Source of the DNA: an uncultured virus (IMG/VR IMGVR_UViG_3300047160_023228)
Lineage: Duplodnaviria; Heunggongvirae; Uroviricota; Caudoviricetes
Virus record (IMG/VR): IMGVR_UViG_3300047160_023228
Direction: 5' to 3' (one strand)
DNA: 64,000 nucleotides
The notes under the pieces were generated by a model. The model ran no database searches. It was not told where the DNA came from and saw nothing but the letters and a program-made list of their open reading frames with translations. Each line of letters starts with the position of its first letter. Position 1 is the stretch's first letter. Positions 58,301-64,000 of this stretch are shown here, piece after piece. The translations under genes and the position numbers were made by a program.

Positions 58301-60796
58301 CACAATGGCGTGGATACGCACCCCATCCACTTCCACCTCTATGACGTGCAAGTTATCAACCGCGTCACCTGGGACAACATCATCATCCCGCCCGATACCA
58401 ACGAACTGGGCTGGAAGGATACCGTTCGCGTCAGCCCGCTGGAAGATACGCTGGTTGCGCTGCGGCCTGTCACTCCCAGCCTACCCTTCCAGATACCGAA
58501 CAGCATCCGCCCGCTGAACCCCGGCATGCCGGTCGGATCGATGATGGGCTTCAGCAGCGTCGGCCCCGACGGCAACGCGACCACATCCAACATCGTCAAC
58601 GACATCGTGAACTTCGGGTGGGAGTACGTGTGGCACTGCCACATTCTCAGCCACGAAGAAATGGACATGATGCGCCCCGTGTCGTTCGCAGTCCCGCCCG
58701 CGGCTCCTGCGAACCTGGTCGCCAACTCCAACGGCACCGCAGTGGCGTTGAATTGGACCAATGCCGCGGCGAATGCCACGGGCTACACCTTGCAACGCGC
58801 TACCGACAGCGCCTTTACGGCTAACCTCCAGACATGGCGTGTAGGCATGGTGAACGCTTACACCGATTCCAACGCCAATCCCGGCTCAACCTACTACTAC
58901 CGCGTGTTTGCGACCAACACCGTCGGCAGCACCATGGACTCCGGGTTTACCCAATCGCCGGGCGGCAATTCCATGCCCACGATGACGGTCAACTCCGGGT
59001 ACTCGAACACCGCGCCTGTCCTGGCCGGCAACCCGGTTATCGGAGTGGCGCCTGCCGCGCTCAACTTCGGAAATGTGCTGCTGAACACCAGCGCCGGGCC
59101 GCAGTCCGTCACACTCTCCAACACGGGCGGCGTGGCTCTGACCATCAATAGCATCGGGCTGGGCGGCGCAAATGCCGGCCAGTTTGCGATGCCGGCGTCG
59201 GCTACTCCGTGCGGCTCAACCTTGAACGCGGGCGGCAATTGCGTGATCAACGTGACATTCTCGCCGACAACTCTCGGCGCGCAGTCCGCGGCGATCACCA
59301 TCGCGACCAACGATCCGTCCAGCCCGGTATTGACCGTGCCGGTAACCGGTTCCGGCATCGCGAGCACGACCTTAGCCCTCAGCGCCCCGGCCATCACCTA
59401 CGGACAGAACGGCGTGGTCACGCTAGCCGTGTCCTCCACGCAGGTGAACCCGGTCGCCGGGAACATAACCCTAACTGTTGACGGTGGAGCCCCGCTCAGC
59501 CAGGTCCTCGCAAACGGCTCTGCAACCTTCACGCTAACCGCGCCAGGCGCGGGAACCCACACCCTCACCGCAAACTACGCGGCCCAGGGCGGCGTATCGG
59601 CGGCCTCGGCAACCGGCACACTCGTGGTCAACTCGGCAGCGCTCACCATTACGGCGAGCAGCGCGTCACTGGCCTATGGCGCACCTGTTCCAGCCATCAC
59701 TCCGGCGTATAGCGGTTTCGTGCTCGGACAAGGGCCCACAAACCTGACGGGAACAGTTAGCTGCTCGACCACGGTGACGAGCACCAGCCCGGTGAGCGGC
59801 AATCCGTATTCCAGCACCTGTTCGGGAGCGGCAAGTACGAATTACGCCATCAAGTACGTCGCGGGCACAGTCACTGTAAACCAGGCCTCGACAGCCACAG
59901 CCATTACCTCTAACTTGCCGAATCCATCGATCCCGGGGCAGATCGTCACCATAACGTTCAAGGTGACTCCGCAAGTCAGCGGCAGTCCGACCGGAAGCGT
60001 GAAGGTCCTGGCCAGCACCGGCGAGAGCTGCTCGGCAATTCTTCCGGCCGCGAGCTGCACACTCAGCTTCGCAGGCTCGGGCTCGCGGACGCTCACGGCC
60101 ACCTATGGCGGCGACAGCAACTTCACCGGATCGGTGTCGCCTGCAGCCAACCAGCAGGTGGTCAGCGGGGTTGTTCTCAGCACGACTTCGCTGCTGTTCG
60201 GCAATCAGCTTGTGAACTCAACCTCGGCCAGCCAGGCAGTCACAATCGCCAACGTTGGCACAACGACTCTCACCATCAATGGGTTTAGTTTCGGCGGATT
60301 GAACCCGGCGGACTTCACCCAGACAACCAACTGCGGCAGAACGTTGCGAGCTGGACAGAACTGCCGCGTGAACGTTTCGTTCCGGCCTGGCGCCGCGGGT
60401 GTGCGCATGGCAACCCTTATCATCAGCGACTCCGACATAAGCAGTCCGCAAACGGTGTCGTTGACAGGTACGGGCGTGCAACCTACCGCGACGCTAACCC
60501 CGGCTTCCTACAACTACGGCACCGTGCTGCGCGGGCGGACAGCCTCCTATGGCTTCACGCTGTCCAACACCAGCGTAGCTTCGATGACCATCAACCGGAT
60601 CAGCATCACTGGAACAAACGCCAACCAGTTCTCGCAGCGCAGCAACTGCGGCAACACTCTTGGCGCGGGCCTGAGCTGCACGATCACGGTGACGTTCGCG
60701 CCGACGCAACGCGCTACTGCTAACGCTACCCTTAGCGTGAGCAATAACGCAGTGGGAAGTCCGCACACTGCCTCGCTCACCGGTTTGGGGCAGTAA
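55316..60796 (+). CDS. large secreted multicopper oxidase with FN3 and multiple Ig-like domains
   Basis: HLHGG, YHDH, HPIHFH, WHCHILSHEEMDMM; signal peptide; C-terminal Ig/ASPM-like repeats. Confidence 0.92.
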   Translation: MKRALVLMLLVLSAALGSSQAPDPAKNPHYFGPYPNWANSPLTTVDASIQLTDTCGNGAGTGASAVALVDSKGSITGVTVTSQGAGYTCPPDVSITSTYGNGAAAHATFAATSGYISSISLVNGGTNYFAPVVVINGNGTGATADATVDPYSGAITSISLTNPGSGYTSATISISDGGGTGTGAMATATVSTSTIGVIVDAAGIGYRTPGGLRKFVDTLPGLGPSAANNLGQYVSVAHPDTTTYPGSDYYEIAVVEYSRKLHSDLSPTKLRGYVQLNNGTDSNGQNTIAPDGPQFLGATIVATKDRPVRILFRNNLPTGEAGNLFLPVDTTMMGAGMGPDMGGMKETDSSSVFDGVRNPMCGNAGAKPMGCYTENRATLHLHGGLTPWISDGTPHQWTVPATESTMYEKGVSVSNVPDMWYDANGATLSECAGQNTCAVANATNNPGKGALTFYYTNQQSARLLFYHDHSWGITRLNVYAGEAAGYLITDNTEKTLTAPGGALDASDPALGLGIPLVIQDRTFVPSAAQLATQDPTWDAARWGTEGDFWYHHVYMPAQNPADPTGASPFGRWMYGPWFWPPANQATTPYQPIPNPYYDPACDPANAPNGFCEPPMIPGTPNISVGMEQFNDTPLVNGTAYPTMTVEPKAYRFRLLNAANDRFFNLQWYVADSSGTEVALKASDVAAAQVDPNVFPTPDTNISPAGPSWLQIGSEGGFLPTPATIPNQPITWITDPTRFDYGNVDQHSMLIAPAERSDVIVDFSKFAGKTLILYNDAPAAFPARQASYDYYTGDPDNTDIGGAPTTVPGFGPNTRTIMQVKVAGTLTKASAFSLSKLVTAFAHNANGTGVFESGQNPVIVGQAGYNRAYGSTFTTSGDCSNPKTTTKCDGFARINLQGGDLFTFDTLSGKKLSIPLQPKALHDEMNSTTFDEYGRMTANLGVEAVPANAGAQNVVLYPYVNPATEMIDGTNLPSASGIKIAPIATANDGTQIWKITHNGVDTHPIHFHLYDVQVINRVTWDNIIIPPDTNELGWKDTVRVSPLEDTLVALRPVTPSLPFQIPNSIRPLNPGMPVGSMMGFSSVGPDGNATTSNIVNDIVNFGWEYVWHCHILSHEEMDMMRPVSFAVPPAAPANLVANSNGTAVALNWTNAAANATGYTLQRATDSAFTANLQTWRVGMVNAYTDSNANPGSTYYYRVFATNTVGSTMDSGFTQSPGGNSMPTMTVNSGYSNTAPVLAGNPVIGVAPAALNFGNVLLNTSAGPQSVTLSNTGGVALTINSIGLGGANAGQFAMPASATPCGSTLNAGGNCVINVTFSPTTLGAQSAAITIATNDPSSPVLTVPVTGSGIASTTLALSAPAITYGQNGVVTLAVSSTQVNPVAGNITLTVDGGAPLSQVLANGSATFTLTAPGAGTHTLTANYAAQGGVSAASATGTLVVNSAALTITASSASLAYGAPVPAITPAYSGFVLGQGPTNLTGTVSCSTTVTSTSPVSGNPYSSTCSGAASTNYAIKYVAGTVTVNQASTATAITSNLPNPSIPGQIVTITFKVTPQVSGSPTGSVKVLASTGESCSAILPAASCTLSFAGSGSRTLTATYGGDSNFTGSVSPAANQQVVSGVVLSTTSLLFGNQLVNSTSASQAVTIANVGTTTLTINGFSFGGLNPADFTQTTNCGRTLRAGQNCRVNVSFRPGAAGVRMATLIISDSDISSPQTVSLTGTGVQPTATLTPASYNYGTVLRGRTASYGFTLSNTSVASMTINRISITGTNANQFSQRSNCGNTLGAGLSCTITVTFAPTQRATANATLSVSNNAVGSPHTASLTGLGQ

Positions 60797-60936
60797 CAGA
60801 CTGGGGCGGGGGGAGCTACTCCCCCTCTCCCCCGCACCATTAATGCGAATTTCCTCGTGCAGCGGCGCCGGGAGGGAGCGATCCCTCCCGCTTTTTTGTT
60901 CGTTCAGGTCCGGGATCTCGCTAAAGCAAAACCGCA

Positions 60937-61382
60937 GTTACTGTATCCCGAAGTCACTCCATTTGACTCGCCGCGACCAGCAGCGAACGCCGGCCTTGAC
61001 CAAAACCCGACACGACACACCTGTTCTGTTTCTGATCAAGGCAGTCCGCCAAAACATTTGCGCACAATTATCAACCGATTTGCCACAATGGAATCGGGGT
61101 ACTGGCGCGCTCTTTGCCTCTCAGGGAATCCGAACCAACAAGCCCCGCTCCATGGTTGCATGACTGAAGCTCGTTTTGAACCAATCCGGCGGCTTTAAGC
61201 TCGGTTTCGCGCCATTCAGGAGCCATTAAGACCGGCTTTAGAGCCATTCAGGAGCCATTCAAACTACAGCTATCTGCAAGAAAATAGAAGTGATATTTGT
61301 CAAATCGGCACCCCCCCCGGGGGAACCAGCAGGGAGCGCCGACCTTGACCAAAACCCGACAGGACACACCTGCTCTGGTTTC
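60937..61382. repeat. dispersed repeat copies and 11-mer tandem repeats
   Basis: ttactgtatcccgaagtcact…ccttgaccaaaacccgac shared with 6121; second partial copy ~61325; gccattcagga units ~61210-61260. Confidence 0.7.
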
Positions 61383-61385
61383 GCT

Positions 61386-62855
61386 CTAATCTTTTAGAAC
61401 GGGCTTTGCGGCCCTATTTGCAAGCTGGCGGATTTGAGAGAATTCTCTTTCTGACAGGGTAAGAGAAGGAAGGGTAATCGTGAATACCGCGCCTTCGTCC
61501 GGCGCGCTCGTCACATGAATGGCGCCTCGGTGCTGCACAACCACCCACTTCGTCAGCGCGAGGCCGAGGCCGCCCGGGGTTTCATGTTGCGCCTGCGAGT
61601 CATCGGCGCGATAGGAATGTTCGAAGATATGCGGCAAGTCCGTAGCGCTGATGCCGCGCCCCGAATCGCGGATCTCGACTGTGACGGTGTTCGCAACCTG
61701 CCGCGTCGTAACCTGGATGCGCCCGCCGCTGGGCGTGAATTTCAGCGCATTATCCAACAGGTTCAGAAACGCCCGTTCCATCCACTCGCGATCGGCGAGC
61801 ACTTGTATGTCCCCTTCGCCGGTGAGAGTTACCTGCACGCCGTAGCCTTGAGAGAGAGGCTCCAGTTCCCTGGCGACAGAGGCAAGGCTTTTTCTGAGGT
61901 CGAGGCGCTCGCGGTTCATGCGAATGCCGCCGGTCTCGGCCTTCGCGATCAGTAGGAACCGATTGATCAGCCGGCTTAGCTTGTCAAACTCCTCGAGGTG
62001 GCTGGCGAGATGTTGCCGCCATTCGTCGGGCAGCTCGGGACGCATCAGCTCCACCTCGATCTCTCCGCGCAGCACCGTCATGGGCGTCCGTAGTTCGTGG
62101 GCCATGAAGTCGGCAAAATTCCGCATCTGCCGCACGCTGGCCTCCAGCCGCCCGAGCACCTGGTTGAATCTTTCGGTAAGCGAATCCAGTTCGTCTTTTG
62201 TGCCGCGCAGAGGCAGGCGGCGGCCCAGGTGCTGAAAGGTGATCTCGTCGGCTTCCTCCTCCAGGTTGCGCAGCGGGCGCAATGTTCTGCCTGCGGTCCA
62301 CCATGCGCCCGCAACGGCAATCGCCGTGGCAAACGGAAGCAGCACGAACAATACGTTGCGGAGTTCGGCCAGGCCGGCCAGGTCGTGCTCCACCGAGACG
62401 CCTACGCGCACCAGGTAAGGGTGCCCGCCGGACTGAAACACCGCGCTTCGAAAGCGCAGAGGGACCTTGTTGTGTTCGCTTGTGTCGATGCCCGGATGAG
62501 CGGCGAACCGAAGAGCCTGCCCCGGGCTGAGCGCAAGTTGCTCGAGCGCCGAGTCGTCCGACTGCAGCAACAGCTTCCCATCGCGCGCATCGTAAATCTG
62601 GTAATAGCGCGTGGCTTCACGCAGAAAGTACGCCACGTAGGGGTTGTGCGGATCGAATTTGATCGCAGGCGAATCGCCGTGGAATTCAACATAGCCCCAG
62701 AGCCCCGCGACGTGGTCAACGAGATTGTCGTCCGCGGCATCCCGCAGCCGGTATGCCAGCAACTCGTAAACTGCGAGCCCGGAGGATCCCAGCAGTGTGA
62801 CAAACAGCACGGCATACGAAGCCGCCAGCTTGGTGCGCAGCTTAAGCGGTGGCAT
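61386..62855 (-). CDS. sensor histidine kinase (CusS-like)
   Basis: 2 TM, HAMP, AHELRTP, NLLDNALKF, DSGRG, GLGL. Confidence 0.93.
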   Translation of the reverse strand: MPPLKLRTKLAASYAVLFVTLLGSSGLAVYELLAYRLRDAADDNLVDHVAGLWGYVEFHGDSPAIKFDPHNPYVAYFLREATRYYQIYDARDGKLLLQSDDSALEQLALSPGQALRFAAHPGIDTSEHNKVPLRFRSAVFQSGGHPYLVRVGVSVEHDLAGLAELRNVLFVLLPFATAIAVAGAWWTAGRTLRPLRNLEEEADEITFQHLGRRLPLRGTKDELDSLTERFNQVLGRLEASVRQMRNFADFMAHELRTPMTVLRGEIEVELMRPELPDEWRQHLASHLEEFDKLSRLINRFLLIAKAETGGIRMNRERLDLRKSLASVARELEPLSQGYGVQVTLTGEGDIQVLADREWMERAFLNLLDNALKFTPSGGRIQVTTRQVANTVTVEIRDSGRGISATDLPHIFEHSYRADDSQAQHETPGGLGLALTKWVVVQHRGAIHVTSAPDEGAVFTITLPSLTLSEREFSQIRQLANRAAKPVLKD

Positions 62856-63531
62856 TTCGTTGGTCCGTGAGCACGTACCCCACCCCCCTCACGGTGTGGA
62901 TCAGGGCTGGCGAAAAACGCTTGTCGATTTTGTTGCGAAGGTAATTGACATACACGTCCACAACGTTGGTGAATGTGTCGAAATGCATGTCCCAGACGTG
63001 TTCAATGATGTTCGTGCGTGTGACGGGTTTTCCGGCATTTTGGAGGAGGTACTCGAGCAGAGCGAATTCCTTCGCCGACAGGTCAATGTTTTGTCCTCTG
63101 CGCGAGACAGTGCGGTGCGCCGCGTCCAGGGTCAGATCGGCAATCTGGTAGGTGGCCACTCCGCGGTCACCTCGGCGCAACAACGCTCGCACACGAGCCG
63201 TCAGTTCCGAGAACTGAAATGGCTTCTTCAAATAGTCATCGGCTCCGGCGTCCAGCGCGGTAACTGTGTTATTAAGCGAGTTATTTGCGGTCAGAACCAA
63301 AACGGGAAGGTTCTTCCGGTGCTCGCGGATTGCCCGTAGTACCTGCATGCCGCTCAGCTTGGGCAGCATCATGTCGAGAATCACAAGATCGTAGACCGGA
63401 TCTCGCGCCATCGACGCCGCTTCTTCCCCGTCCGCAGCGGTATCCACCGCGTAATGCTCCTGCGTGAGACCTCGCCGAATGAAGGAAGCAATCTTTGGAT
63501 CGTCTTCCACTACGAGCAACCGCATTTGCAT
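62842..63531 (-). CDS. OmpR-family response regulator (CusR/CopR-like)
   Basis: LVVEDD, ILDMMLP, GADDYL.KPF, NVVDVYVNYLRNKID, TVRGVGY. Confidence 0.93.
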   Translation of the reverse strand: MQMRLLVVEDDPKIASFIRRGLTQEHYAVDTAADGEEAASMARDPVYDLVILDMMLPKLSGMQVLRAIREHRKNLPVLVLTANNSLNNTVTALDAGADDYLKKPFQFSELTARVRALLRRGDRGVATYQIADLTLDAAHRTVSRRGQNIDLSAKEFALLEYLLQNAGKPVTRTNIIEHVWDMHFDTFTNVVDVYVNYLRNKIDKRFSPALIHTVRGVGYVLTDQRNATA

Positions 63532-64000
63532 TCCCTCCCGCAAGCGCGACGATTTCACCGGCTCCATTCGCAGTTCGCGAATAGAAGAGAAATGTTGGGG
63601 GACACCTCAGGATACATGAGATTTCAATTCTTCACAGGTTCGTTGGAACCATGACGAGCCGGATTCCGAAAACGGAACTCGCGGGAAGCAAAGATTCTCT
63701 CCTCATCCACCCCGTGCGGGATCTCAATGCAAAACTAGGAACGGTATTAAGCGTCTTTGTCCACCCGAGTTTGCCCCTGATCTAGGGGACGAACCAGTCA
63801 GGTCCTCGGGCGGACCCGAAGTTCGCGTTACAGACGGTCTCCATGTCCGTCACTGGGGTGCGTTCGCCGCGACCGAAAACGGGATCTAGAACTTCCTCGA
63901 TACAGAGGCAACGCCTCGTCCAACGATTCTCTACTTCGATCTTCGGACGGGAGGTTCGATTCCTGTATTGCCTAAGGATCGAATGCCTGTGCCCGACGAC

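Overview
GC-rich bacterial chromosome segment, probably Acidobacteriota (ADOP-type permease, characteristic REP-like repeats; inference). A ~42.7 kb lambdoid siphovirus-like prophage (10132-52854) is integrated in a tRNA-Arg(UCU) gene and bounded by a 31-bp direct repeat. Left flank: malQ, GH2 hydrolase, permease, aldo-keto reductase, alcohol dehydrogenase. Right flank: YheT-like hydrolase, giant multicopper oxidase, two-component pair. The prophage has head, tail, lysis, replication and DNA-modification modules and a lambda-like cos, but no recognisable CI/Cro. The best candidate for an undescribed system is its control region. Sequences on both sides of att would assemble into a ~193-nt tRNA-like, CCA-ending RNA only on the excised circle, and the left-arm part carries boxes antisense to the leader of the first early gene. 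The att-adjacent integrase lacks the first catalytic Arg. A second, intact integrase and a spare tRNA-Arg(UCU) lie next to cos. Also notable: a repeated, mostly leaderless late-promoter motif, three signal-peptide proteins sharing modules inside the virion operons, a stand-alone DndC-like gene and a Tlde1-type endolysin. All family assignments come from motif recognition by eye; no database searches were run.
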